In this document: positions 12,578 through 24,566 of the stretch, one piece after another
Layout: each line of letters opens with the position of its first letter
Position numbering within the stretch: position 1 is the stretch's first letter
Assembly: GCA_951406725.2 (NCBI GenBank)
Contig: OX597822.1
Location: forward strand, 112,282,001-112,346,000
Length of the DNA: 64,000 nucleotides
Direction of reading: 5' to 3'
From: Octopus vulgaris
Taxonomy: Eukaryota
Position numbers and translations under genes: made by a program
Notes under the pieces: model-generated
The model's database searches: none
Told to the model about the DNA's origin: nothing
What the model saw: only the letters and a program-made list of their open reading frames with translations

Positions 12578-13090
12578 AGGTACTCTACAATAGCAGTAGA
12601 TAGGTTTGGATTTATGGTCAGTAGTTTAACAATATAATTTTGTGATCAGTGAAAAAACAAACAAACATTATAGGTGCAGGTGTAGCTGTGTGGTAAGAAG
12701 CTTGCATCCCAAACACATGGTTCTGGGTTCAGTCTCACTGCAGGTCACCTTGGGTAAGTGTCTTCTGCTACAGCCTTGGGCTGACTGAGTGGATTTGGTA
12801 GATGGAAACTGAAAGAAGCTTGTTGCATACATACATATATATGTATGTGTATGTCTTTATGTCTGTGTTTTTCCCCTGCCACTGCTAGACAACTGCTGTT
12901 GGTGTGTTTACATCCCCTTAACTTAGCAGTTTGGTAAAAAGAGTCCAATAAATTAAGTACTAGGCTTTAAAAAATAAGTCCTGGGCTCGATTTGTTTGAC
13001 TAAAACTCTTCAAGGTGGTGCTCCAGCATGGCCGCAGTCAATTGACTGAAACAAGTAAAAGATAAAAGATAATTTGGAGAAGATTGTTAC

Positions 13091-13235
13091 CCAACGAATC
13101 CAACATCGGCAATTAGCTTCATGACAAGTTTCAAAGTCCTTATTTCACCTTGTTGGCCAAGAAATTTATTATTCAGACTACCTCCAACACCTCCATGTGC
13201 CACAAGCAACTGTTGTCCAGTTTCATTAAGTTCAC
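13091..13235 (-). CDS. GTPBP10: GTPBP10 exon 4 (GELNETGQQLLVAHGGVGG...LVMKLIADVGFVG)
   Basis: KLIADVG.VG Obg signature; canonical splice sites. Confidence 0.95.
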
Positions 13236-14289
13236 CTGTTCAAAGAGACAGAGAGGTTAATCACCTTAAGACATTGTGGTTGGAAGTCACTCCTTTAGTT
13301 TTAAAAACCCTATTAATTTTTCAAAAGTGAAAATTTGAAAGAAAAAAAAAAAAAAAAAATTAAAAATTAGAAAAACTGAAAGTTTCGGTTATCTCTATAA
13401 TTAAAATAACTAATCAAGTAGGTAGCCATACTGGAAAGGATACATTTTGTAATCATATACATTGATATAATTAGGAAGTACATTTTCATAATTGGTATAC
13501 ATATACCCTTTTGGACCCCAAATCACAACCATTCCTCATTATCATCCCTGCCCACAACAATTCTACCCAATTGCCTCCTTTCTGAGTCTTCAGCCACCCC
13601 TTTGCTATACTCCATTCTTAACACCTCTTTCATCTGATATCATTCTCAATGCCCCCTTATTATAGCCCCTTATGTACCTCTATATCTCCCTCTCTCTTGC
13701 TCCTACACCTTGCAGATCTATCCCACTTCTTGAGTCACTCCTATCACTTGCTTCACCCCTCTCCATACTGATGTTTCCCTTCAACTGCATCCCCACCCTT
13801 GTTCATTACTATATTCACCTCTGTACCTGTCTTTAACCATTATGAAAGTGTCCACTCTATCCTCCCCTCCCACGACCCACTGTCCATACCCTCTCTTGTG
13901 CTTTGAGGAATTTGCTTTGACACTTCATCATAACCTTCCTTTTATCTCCTTCAGTCATGCATCCCTTCCAAAGCAAGACACCTGTGCTTGTCCATCTGTC
14001 ATACTTTTAGCCTTTCAACACCTGGCACAAAGCCACCTTTCCTTCTAAGATACTCCTCACCTAGTAGTGGGAGCTTTTTCTTGTTCTTTTACTGTCTTAC
14101 AAGTTATGCGGGAATCTCATTAGGGCTGGTGGCATGCAAAAAGCACTTAGTACACTCCTATAAAGTGTTAAGCATTAGGAAGAAGATCCAGCTGCAGAAA
14201 CATGCCAAAGCTTACATGTGGCTTTGCAGCTTGCCAGGTTCAGTCAAACTATCCAACCCATGCTGAGGATGGAAGCTGAACCTTTGAAT

Positions 14290-14563
14290 TCATCATCATC
14301 ATCATTTAATGTCCGTTTTCCATGCTAGCATGCGTTGGACGGTTTGACCGGGGTCTGGCAAGCCATGGAGGCTGCACCAGGCTCCAATCTTGATCTGGCA
14401 GTGTTTCTACAGCTGGATGCCCTTCCTAACGCCAACCACTCCGTGAGTATAGTCGGTGCTTTTTTTACGTGCCACCAGCTCAGGGGCCAGGTGAGGCTGG
14501 CAAACGGCCACATTCGGTTGGTGCTTTTACATGTCACCAACACGGACGCCAGTCAGGCGGTGC
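14290..14563 (-). mobile_element. RTE-type 3' UTR copy
   Basis: Family sequence. Confidence 0.8.
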
Positions 14564-15167
14564 TATTTGAAAATATATGTGCACTTCCAATTATGCATGA
14601 AGATGCATTAAAACATACCCTAGAATTGAGAAACTGAATCTTCTTGCAACATAGAGGTAGGCAGTGAGCTGGTAGAATCATCAACATGCTGGGCAAAAAT
14701 GCTAAGCAGTAATTCGTCTGTCTTTACATTCTGAGTTCAAATTCTGCCATGGTTGAATTTGCCTTTCATCCCTTCAGGGTTGATAAAAATAAGTATTAGT
14801 TGAGCACTGGGGTTGATGTAATTGACTTATTCCCCTCCCTGAATTTGTTGCTCTTGTGCCAAAATTTGAAATCAATATGTTTGTTCGTTTATCGTCTATT
14901 GTCCGCTTTCCATGCTAGCATGGGTTGGACGAATGACTGAGGGCTGGTGAACCAGATGGCTGCACCAGGCTTCAATCTTTATCTGGCAGAGTTTCTACAG
15001 CTGGATGCCCTTCCTAATGCCAAGGCAGAGAAAATGGTTTATAGATTTATAAAACTCTAGCACTAATTAGTAGAACATAATAATACTTTAACAAAACTTG
15101 GTTTATGAAAATTACTGATGGTAAAAGATTTACAAGGCTTATAAAAAATAGATTGGTTCATTCTTAC

Positions 15168-15259
15168 CAATTAGTCTTCCATGATCAGATTCTACTGAAA
15201 TACCAATTGGTACTTTTACTTTTAACTCAGAACCATTTCTTGCAATTATAACCCTTTTC
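15168..15259 (-). CDS. GTPBP10: GTPBP10 exon 3 (KRVIIARNGSELKVKVPIGISVESDHGRLIG)
   Basis: AG/GT boundaries, phase consistent; VP.G motif. Confidence 0.92.
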
Positions 15260-16019
15260 CTGAATAATGAAATAACCAAAAAGCAAATTAAAAAAACAAA
15301 TCATGCTAATATTTAAATAATTTCTTAATTTGATTAGACAATTAAGGGAAGTGTTAATAGGAATTATGGTCTGCATGTCTTTCTAAAGGCATAAACACAA
15401 TAATAATTAATTCAAAACTTTTAAACTATCAAAGTTATTTTATACTTTATATTTTTATATTAATTTATTTATATATATTTTTAATACAATAAGTTCTTTC
15501 ACATGGGTACATCTTTATGATGAGTTTGGATATTAATTTTCTTATATTAATAATAATAATATATTATTAAAAAATATATGTAAACACAATATGTGAGACT
15601 TTCACCCGTGAATTAACACATTAGTATTTAGACCAGCCATACTGGGTCCAAATATGCTAAAGGGTCAAGATGAAGTTGCAGATTACACTCACACAGTATA
15701 TGCCATTATAACAAGTGTCTGCTACAGATATTATATAGCATGCATCCACATGTTATACTACATGACATTCTGGCATGTGAACATGTGGCCAATATTATGT
15801 TAAACAAGAAGGTGATGAGTTTGCAGAATCCTTAGCAGGCTGGGCTGAATGCTTAGCAGCATTTTGTCTTTACGTTCTGAGTTCAAATTCTGCTGAGGTT
15901 GACTTTGCCTTTCCTCTTTTCAAGGTTGACAAAAATAAGTTCCAGTTGAGCACTGGGGTCAATGTGGTCGACTTACCCCTACCCCAGAAATGTTGGTCTT
16001 GTTCCAAAATTTGAAACTA

Positions 16020-17139
16020 ACACAGGGTGGACCAAAATGATCTGACACATTTGAAGGCTTAATAAAAGCACAAAATAAGAAATAATGAAAAGAAAAATTT
16101 TATTTTCTGAATGTACATATAATGCCATTTTATTTCATTAAGTTTTAAAAATTAAATCAGCTAATTGCTTCCCATCATTGTCAACACACTGTTGGAGACT
16201 CTTTTACTCTTTTACTTGTTTCAGTCTTTTGACTGTGGCCATGCTGGAGCACCGCCTTTAGTCAACCAAATCGACCTGAGCACTTATTCTTTGTAAGCCT
16301 AGTACTTATTCTGTCGGATTCTGTTTCCGAACCGCTAAGTTACGGGGACGTAAACACACCAGCATCGGTTGTCAAGCGATGTTGGGGAGACAAATACAGA
16401 CACACAAACACACACACATGCACATACATATACACGACGAGCTTCTTTCAGTTTCCATCTGCCAAATCCACTCACAAGGCTTTGGTCAGCCCGAGGCTAT
16501 AGTAGAAGGCACTTGCCCAAGGTGCCACGCAGTGGGACTGAACCCGGAACTATGTGGCTCGTAAGCAAGCAACTTACCACGTTCATGAAAGTTATCGATA
16601 ACTCTGTGGATCATTTCTTCTGGAATGATTGCTATTTCTACACAAACTGCACGTTTTAATTCATCAATAGATTGAGGGCGATGAGTGAATACTTTTGATT
16701 TTAAATATCCCCACAAGAAGAAATCACATGGGTTCAAATCAGATCTTGCGGGCCAACCAAGATCACCGTGCAAAGAAATCAAATGATCAGGGAACAACTC
16801 CCTTAAAATTCCCAATGAATGTCTGGAAGTATGCACTGTTGCTCCATCCCGTTGAAACCAAACATTATTTCTATCTTTAATTTCATCCAATTTGGTTCTT
16901 AAAAAAGTGTTTAGCAATACACAATATCGTTCAGAAGTAACAGTCACTGTACCATTGTCATTTTAAAAAAAGTATGGGCCCCAAATGCCAAACCCTGATA
17001 AAGCACACATTTCGGTGTAAATAAAATAAAATGGCATTATATGTACATTCAGGAAATAAAATTTTTCTTTTTATAATTTCTTATTTTGTGCTTTTATTAA
17101 GCCTCCAAATGTGTCAGATCATTTTGGTCCACCCTGTGT
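16020..17139 (-). mobile_element. Tc1/mariner-superfamily transposon (DD41D/rosa-like), internally deleted and interrupted by a SINE
   Basis: TIRs ACACAGGGTGGACCAAAATGATCTGACACATTTG with TA TSD; transposase remnant WFQRDGA...WPARSDLNPCDFFLWGYLK (40 residues between D2 and D3, Pro of SPDL missing); C-terminus RLQQCVDNDG resumes beyond the SINE. Confidence 0.9.
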
Positions 17140-17213
17140 TATGTTAAACAAGATTTTAATATCTCCTGAGTTATTTTACTTTTTCTGTAATATATCAAGT
17201 TGGACAAACTTAC

Positions 17214-17413
17214 GTGCTATTTTTTCCATTGCCAGCGATAAACCGTTTTGTAGGATATTTCTGTTTTAGCTGTTTCAAGTTTTGTTGTTTATCTGCCTCC
17301 AGAATTACACTACCACCTGCACCGCCAACTCCTCCCAAACGAGGGAACCCTTGCCCTCCACCACCACCTTTCACATATACTCGGAGGGTGTCGATGAAGC
17401 CAGTTTTATTTAT
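17214..17413 (-). CDS. GTPBP10: GTPBP10 exon 2, Obg glycine-rich domain ([31 protein letters not shown]...[10 protein letters not shown])
   Basis: AG/GT boundaries; matches the Obg N-terminal FID.LR...GG.GG pattern. Confidence 0.95.
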
Positions 17414-17924
17414 CTAGAACGAGGAAAATATATACAAAGTGTAAGTTTTGTTTCAAGTTTTAAAAAATGGTAAGCTGGAATAATGGTGATGATGATTTCT
17501 AAGAAAAGGCCACAAATTTGGGACAAAACAGTTGATTAAATCTGCATCGATGGTTGTTTATTTTATTTAGCTCAGAAAGATGAAAGACAAAGGCAGACTT
17601 GGTGATAATATACTGGTCCAATCCTTTACTGAAACTGCCATCAACATTTCAGTAGAAAGTCAAAATTTGATCAGGTTGACTGTAGCAGGATTCCAACAGA
17701 AAGTAACAAAATAACATTCTTCCTATGTCCAACTTCGAAGGGATTAGGGGAAGATTAACTTCTTTATACCAATCCACAAGAAACCAAAATATCCTTCATT
17801 TACATCAAACCTATTTTATCTCCTGTCATCCAATCTCCTAACATTACACTCATTTTTTTCTTCTGGATATGTTGCCAAGTATATGAACAACGAATATAAT
17901 TTTAAGGTCACAAGGCAATCAAAA

Positions 17925-18480
17925 TCAAACTCATATTCGATGACTGGCATCCGTACGAGCGGGGTGCAAAGAGAGCACCATACGAGTGTGATCGCTGACA
18001 GTGGCTAACCGGCTTCCATGCCAGTGGCACATGAAAGGCACCATTCGAGTGTGATCGTTACCAGCATCACTTTACTGGCACTTGTGCCCGTACTAGTAGG
18101 GTGCCAAGAGCACCATCCGAGCGTGATCGTTGCCAGAGCAGCCAACTGGCTTCCGTGCCGTTGGCACATTAAAGTGCACCATTTGAGCGTGACCGTTACC
18201 AGCATCGCCTTACTGGCACCTGTGCGGGTGGCATGTGTAAAAAGATTCGAGCGAGGTCATTGCCAGAACCACCTAACTGGACCCCGTGCCGGTGGCACGT
18301 AAAAAGCACCCACTACACTCTCGGAGTGTTTGGCGTTAGGAAGGGCATCCAGCTGTAGAAACATTGCAAGATCAAGATTGGAGCCTGGTGCAGCCTTCTG
18401 GTTCGCCAGCCCTCAGTCAAAATCGTCCAACCTATGCTAGCATGGAAAGCGGACGTTAAACGATGATGATGATGATGATG
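17925..18480 (+). mobile_element. RTE-type 3' UTR copy with several internal ~50-60 bp repeats
   Basis: Family sequence. Confidence 0.8.
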
Positions 18481-18979
18481 AAGGCACAAGAGACATAAAA
18501 AGATAAGCTGCAGACAGGTAGATAATCTCGTGGCTGACCTAAATTTGATTTTCTGTTGTAGTTTTATGCAAATGCCTAAATTTTCAAACCAGTATATACG
18601 ACATTTAAGGCCCAACAAGAAAACATCTACGTATAGCTGACTGACTTAAATATCTGACGGAATTGTAGATTTCATCTCAGGATGAAACCCACTCCGATTC
18701 TATGTTTAGGGTTTTAGTATTCAAACCGGCCATATCCAGCATAAATATTCAGTTTTATGTTCGAACTGATCAAGCCTCTTACACATAACCTACAATGCCA
18801 TTGTCATTCTAATTAACTCAAGCACAAACGTACCTCATTTTCGCTTTTACTTTAATAACAACTTTATATATTCAAAACATGCACAGTTGTGCTTAGAGGT
18901 ATGCAGAATTTTGTTAACTGAAGAACATAAAAGTTAATCAAGCTACAGGTTCCTCCAACTTCTCTCGGGATTTAATTCT

Positions 18980-19192
18980 ATTTCTTTATTACCCACAAGG
19001 GGCTAAACACAGAGGGGACAAACAAGGACAGACAAGCGGATTAAGTCGATTACATCGACCCCAGTGCGTAACTGGTACTTAATTTATCGACCCCGAAGGG
19101 ATCAAAGGCAAAGTCGACCTCGGCGGAATCTGAACCCAGAACGTAACGGCAGACGAAATACGGCTACGCATTTCGCCCGGCGTGCTAACGTT
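18980..19192 (-). mobile_element. SINE family A
   Basis: Reverse complement of the family sequence. Confidence 0.88.
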
Positions 19193-19331
19193 TTTGGGAT
19201 TTAAGTCTTTGATAGACTTAAGGTTGGAAAGTTAGCATCGACCTTCAGATTTCTGTAACATTAATGTATATGAAATAACAACAAAATAAAGTAGTTGGCA
19301 CTAAGAGTGACATAAATTAATTTTTCTTCTT

Positions 19332-19550
19332 GGTACTACTAGCGAACAGTGGTCCCGGTGCGCGCACACGCGCTAGCTAGACGTAAGTAGTCGATCCTAA
19401 ATAAATTTTTAAACTAAATAAATAAATTATTTTTATAAACAAACTAGGTTAGGGTTAGGGTTAAAAAGTCGTTGAAGGATCGACTACTAACGTCTAGCTA
19501 ACGCGGATACGCGAGTGCGCGCACCGGGACCACTGTTCTCGAGTAGTACC
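19332..19550. mobile_element. CpG-rich MITE with ~55-bp TIRs and internal TTAGGG repeats
   Basis: GGTACTACT...GAACAGTGGTCCCGGTGCGCGCAC inverted at both ends; GGTTAGGGTTAGGGTTA inside. Confidence 0.85.
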
Positions 19551-19614
19551 AATCTTTCTTCTTTCGAGATTAAAGTTATTTGTATGATTCCGTAAATAAT
19601 AAAGTCCATCTTAC

Positions 19615-19668
19615 AAGTTTATTTCTGGATCCGACGAAATAACTCAGGACTTGCGTCTGTCGCACCAT
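19615..19668 (-). CDS. GTPBP10: GTPBP10 coding exon 1 (MVRQTQVLSYFVGSRNKL)
   Basis: ATG at 19668-19666 and GTAAG donor; phase 0 joins exon 2. All 9 exons total 1185 nt = 394 aa + stop. Confidence 0.75.
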
Positions 19669-19879
19669 GCCCGACCTTTGTTGTTTCCTTTGACAGAAGA
19701 CTTCTACCTTCCAGGGCAGGTAATCCCACGGTGTCACCGGACACCGTTTCTTCCATCCAGGACTTGTGGGGCCCAAAATGAATTCTTTGAAACGAATCAA
19801 CAAAGAAACTCTTTTAACGCAATGAAGACATTCTATTTATGATATAAGATAATCTTATAAAAAAAGAAACAAAGCAAAA
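19669..19879. promoter_or_regulatory. Putative bidirectional promoter and 5' UTRs shared by GTPBP10 and ISY1
   Basis: 211 bp between divergent start codons; locally richer in CpG. Confidence 0.6.
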
Positions 19880-19882
19880 ATG
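19880..19882 (+). CDS. ISY1: ISY1 coding exon 1 (ATG only)
   Basis: Exon 2 lacks Met (starts ARNSEKAM); AAAA-ATG followed directly by a GTTTGT donor is the best upstream candidate seen. Confidence 0.6.
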
Positions 19883-20042
19883 GTTTGTACATTTCAATTG
19901 TTCATTTCTCTCTACATTTTTTTTCTTTCTTTACTAAAATAGTTTTACTTGCTTTTCGGTGACGTGGTGGTGTTCATTATTTACCTTTGAACACATTTTT
20001 AAGGGATTCTTTGTTAATCCTATAATTCCTGGTAGCAGATCT

Positions 20043-20272
20043 GGCGAGCTGGCAGAAACGTTAGCGCGCCGGGCGAATTGTGTAACCGTATTTCGTCTGC
20101 CGTTACGTTCTGAGTTCAAATTCCGCCGAGGTCGACTTTGCCTTTCATCCTTTCGGGGTCGATAAATTAAGTACCAGTTACGCACTGGGGTCAATATAAT
20201 CGACTTAATCCGTTTGTCTGTCCTTGTTTGTCCCCTCTCTGTGTTTAGCCCCTTGTGGGTAGTAAAGAAATA
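20043..20272 (+). mobile_element. SINE family A
   Basis: Full-length family sequence. Confidence 0.9.
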
Positions 20273-21862
20273 GATCTGTTTCAAATAGACACAACAACGG
20301 TGCTGACCATAATGTATCTCATAGTATTTTGAAAACTTCCACACACTTTGGCTGCATTAATGTTTTGTTCTGTCCTTTTCTTCGGAATATATCTACAGAC
20401 AATAATAAATCTCTAAATGAGATTGAGATGGCAAATATACCTCACATATATCTTCAGATTTTAGCTGAAATTATATGTAATAGACACACGTTAATACCTT
20501 GCCTTCTCAATGAAATATTTTTGTCGGTAGAAAAAAAAAAAAAAAAATCAGCCGGACCAGTTTCAATCTTGAGTTCGATTTTATAAACGACTGAGTTCCC
20601 CCTTTAACTGTCTTAAAAGACACTGCTACTATTACTAATGGCTTAGGTAAATTGAAACGATTTGCATATATGAGGCACCGTTGAACACTGGCTCCATCAG
20701 TCAATCACTTGTATGTTGACGGATGGGGCAGTTAACATTACTTTCACCTCTCATCTGTCACACTTTTTTCCATCCTATCATTCGACAATTTTTGATGTTT
20801 TGTGTCCCCAATGCGTTGTAATGTCCCATCTATGTATAGTCCTTTATGGATAATAAAGAAATCCACTTGTGTGTTGACGGCTGTTTTGATTGAATCTTGT
20901 ATATTATTGTACTACAGAATGTATCTATAGGTTTTAGCGTGTATGTAATAGACATATGTTGGTGCTGTGTATATCTTCATGGACAGAAAAAGAAGGCCCC
21001 AATTTACATAAGTCCTTATTAAAGTAATAGATAAATGCGCCCTTTTAAAGCCTTGTCAGGCTCATGGGGCCGGTTTCTATGGTGTATGTGTTCCCCCGCT
21101 GGATGAGATGCCAGTCCATCGCAGCGTAACTCATTTTTTCCAGCTGAGTGGACTGGATCAACGTGAAATGAAGTGTTTTGCTCAAGAATGCAACACGTCG
21201 CCTGGTCCAGGATTCGAAACCACAATCTTATGCTCATGATGCCGACACCCTAATAACGGGCTTATAAGCAGTGTCTCAGTGTACAACTAACAGAGTGGCT
21301 TTACTGTACCGTAGAGTACTGGTAGTTACACTATAGTATAGTATAGCACTGACAGTGGCTTTACACCCATAAAACATGTTAATATCTTTGAGGTTCTTCT
21401 CAATTGTACCTAGAATGACTTTAGTTTTGGCCCCTTTCTGCTATTGGTCTTGTGAAACTTTTGCAGAAAAATCTCTGAATGATGTTAGGGACTGTAACAT
21501 TTAATGCTCCATCGAAAGTTTTGCAAAAAACACATGAACAGTATTGTCAATTTCTGTTTTTGCATGTATTAAAGCAAGTGCTACACTACCAGCTGGAGCA
21601 CTGGCTGTTGGACCCAACCACTATTTCTGCTCTGTGCTTATAGCCGAGCTCACTTACTCTTTTACTTGTTTCAGTCATTTTGACTGCGGCCATGCTGGAG
21701 CACCGCCTTTACAGTACTTAGGTACTGTAAAATTATAAGGTACCATGAGATTGTAAAGATTACAGCAGTAAACAGCAAAAGTACTGTAAGAGCTGAAAGA
21801 AGAAGAAAAAAAAAATCAGAAGAAACTAGTATAAATTTATGTTGGCTACAGAAAAGTGAATA

Positions 21863-22305
21863 TCATCATCATCATCGTTTAACGTCCGTTTTCCATGCTA
21901 GCATGGATTGGATGGTTCGGCCGGGATCTGGGAAGCCAGAAGGCTGCACCAGGTTCCAGTCTGATCTGGCAGTGTTTCTACAGTTGGATGCCCTTCCTAA
22001 CACCAACCACTCCGTGAGTGTAGCAGGTGCTTTTTACGTGCCAGGTGCCAGGCTGGCAATGGCCATGATCGGATTGGGGCTTTTTATGTACCACCGGCAC
22101 AGAATCCAGTCGAGGCAGCACTGGCATCGGCCACGTTCGGATGGTGCTTTTTACGTGCCACCGGCACAGGGATCACAACTACAATTTCCATTGATTTTTG
22201 ATGTTGATGTACTTGACTCAATAGGTCTCCTCAAGCACAGGGTCGAAATGGTGTTTCTTTACTTGCCACCTGCACAGGAGTCAGTCCAGCGGCACTGGCA
22301 ACTGC
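21863..22305 (-). mobile_element. RTE-type 3' UTR copy
   Basis: Family sequence. Confidence 0.8.
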
Positions 22306-22513
22306 CGGGTGATCAGACGAGTTGAGTTCTGATGTCTTGGACACAGAACTTCCTGAGATATACACAAACTTATTTTCTAAAAAGTTGTGAGAATATCGTA
22401 TGATTACTAAATGTTTTATTGGTTAAAATTCTAACATGGAAAGAGTTGCATGAATTATGAAATAGAAATTACAGAAACGTTTTAAGTGTTTTGTCTTTTT
22501 GTTTCTTTTACAG

Positions 22514-22536
22514 GCACGTAATAGCGAGAAGGCAAT
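22514..22536 (+). CDS. ISY1: ISY1 exon 2 (ARNSEKAM)
   Basis: tttacag/gtaagt boundaries; conserved ISY1 N-terminus MARN.EKAM. Confidence 0.92.
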
Positions 22537-23334
22537 GTAAGTATTACCGAAATATTCCCTATCATGTTGCATCAAATACTGTTATTAATTCAAATAATTA
22601 CTGCATCATACAGTTTTGGTTTGGGTCATAAGAGAAGTTTGGGATGTCATAAATTCAAATATTCACTTTCAGTTTCATTGTGCTTCAGTCCATAGAAATA
22701 TATTGGCTTTCTTCTTATACTTGGAATCAAATGATCACATTTACCTTTGGAATTTGCTTGGGCTTTATTCATTTTGTGAAGGTACATGGCCTAGTGGTTA
22801 GAGCAGCGGACTCACGGTCGAGGGATCGCGGGTTCGAATCTCAGACCGAGCAATGTGTGTGTTTATGAGTGAAATACCTAAGCTCCACGCGGCTCTGGCA
22901 GAAGGTGATGGCGAACTTCTGCTGACTCTTTCGCCACAACTTTCTCTCACTCTTTCCTCCTGCATTTTGCAGCTCACCTGCGACGGACCGGTGTCGTGTC
23001 CAGGTGGGGAACCTATACACCAAGGAAACCGGGAAACCGGCCCTTATGAGCCAGGCATGGCTTAAGAAGGAACAAACATTTATTCATTTTGGTTTTGAGG
23101 AATGGCACATACATATTGTTTGCTTGGTCATTCAATGTCCGTTTTTTGATGCTGGTATTTCTTGAAAGAGAATTAATTTTCAAGCAGCATTTTTATGGCC
23201 AGATGCTCTTTCTGTCGACAAACCATTCCTGGTTTCTTCAAGAAAGGGATTTTTATATTCCACAGGTTTTTTAATGTAAACATCACCATTGTATAGCTCA
23301 AATAAAATATCAACATTCATACTTGCATGTAAGC

Positions 23335-23359
23335 ACATACATATGTATGTGTATATATG

Positions 23360-23401
<42 letters not shown>

Positions 23402-23644
23402 TGTGTGTGTATATATATATGTGTATATATATGTGTATATATGTATATATATATATATATGTATATGTACATATAGGTATATATATATATGTATATATAT
23501 GTATATGTATATATATATATATGTATATGTATGTATATATATGTATATATATATGTATATGTATGTATATATACATATGTATATATACATATATATATAT
23601 GTATGTATGTATATATATATATATGTATATATATATATGTATAC

Positions 23645-23694
<50 letters not shown>

Positions 23695-23700
23695 CATATT
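23335..23700. repeat. (TA)n/(TG)n compound microsatellite
   Basis: Directly visible. Confidence 0.98.
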
Positions 23701-24029
23701 ATTCATAGTTATTCAGTTGTGAAAATACTTTCTGTAACTTTTATGAAAACTATTGCATCCATTCTGCCTCTAAAAAAATATTAGTGAGCAACAGATTTTC
23801 AAAGAATATGCATGTGTAGATAAACTGAATGTATATGTGTATAATGTGAAAATATATGTGTGTGTGTGTATAATGTGAATATATATGTGTGACTATAAAG
23901 TGATTATGTATGTGTATACAATGCAAATATGTATGTGTATATATTGTTAATATGTATGTATATGTAATGGGAGTATGTGAGAAAATGTGTGCAGTAAAGA
24001 GAAAGAAAGAGAATATTGTTTATAATCTA

Positions 24030-24370
24030 GATAAAGACCCCCCTTCGGTCATGAATGACCATGGGATTGCACCTAGAAAGTTACCCTCCTAGACACAAGT
24101 CCGGGCAAGGTTGTTTATGGAAGGCCAGCAGTCGCCCATGCATACCAGCCTCCCATCTCCACGCCACCAGTGTTATCCAAGGGAAAGACAAAGGTCGATA
24201 CAGCTTGGCACCAGTGACGTCGCAACTCATTTCTACAGCTGAGTGAACTGGAGCAACGTGAAATAAAGTGCCTTGCTCAAGAACACAACACCCAGCCCGG
24301 TCCGGGATTCGAGCTCACAACCTCACAATCGTAAGCTCGACGCTCTAACCACTGAGCCATGCGCCTTCAT
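24030..24370 (-). mobile_element. CORE-like tRNA SINE family E (related copy 21035-21255)
   Basis: Head TGGCTCAGTGGTTAGAGC...CTCGAATCCC, core TGTGTTCTTGAGCAAGGCACTT; TSD TATAATCTAGATA. Confidence 0.8.
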
Positions 24371-24514
24371 TTATATATAATCTAGATATATGTCGATAAT
24401 TGGATTAAATTCTTTGTGTTTTTGCTATTGAACAGTTTCCTTGTATAACCTTATAAGTTCAAGGAACATGCTGTAAATGTGATGATGATTATGTCTTGTA
24501 CTTTCTGTTCTAAG

Positions 24515-24566
24515 GACAACCCTTGCTCGGTGGAGGGCAGCACAGATGGGTTTAAATAAAGAAAAG
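24515..24566 (+). CDS. ISY1: ISY1 exon 3 (TTLARWRAAQMGLNKEK)
   Basis: AG/GT boundaries, phase consistent. Confidence 0.92.

Noticed and set aside
19669-19803. N-terminal extension of GTPBP10 from the ORF track
   Set aside because: Starts at a non-ATG codon; the ATG at 19668 gives a normal-length protein
23180-23784. Long Y/I/C/M-rich ORFs (also 33274-33666)
   Set aside because: Translations of (TA)n/(TG)n microsatellites
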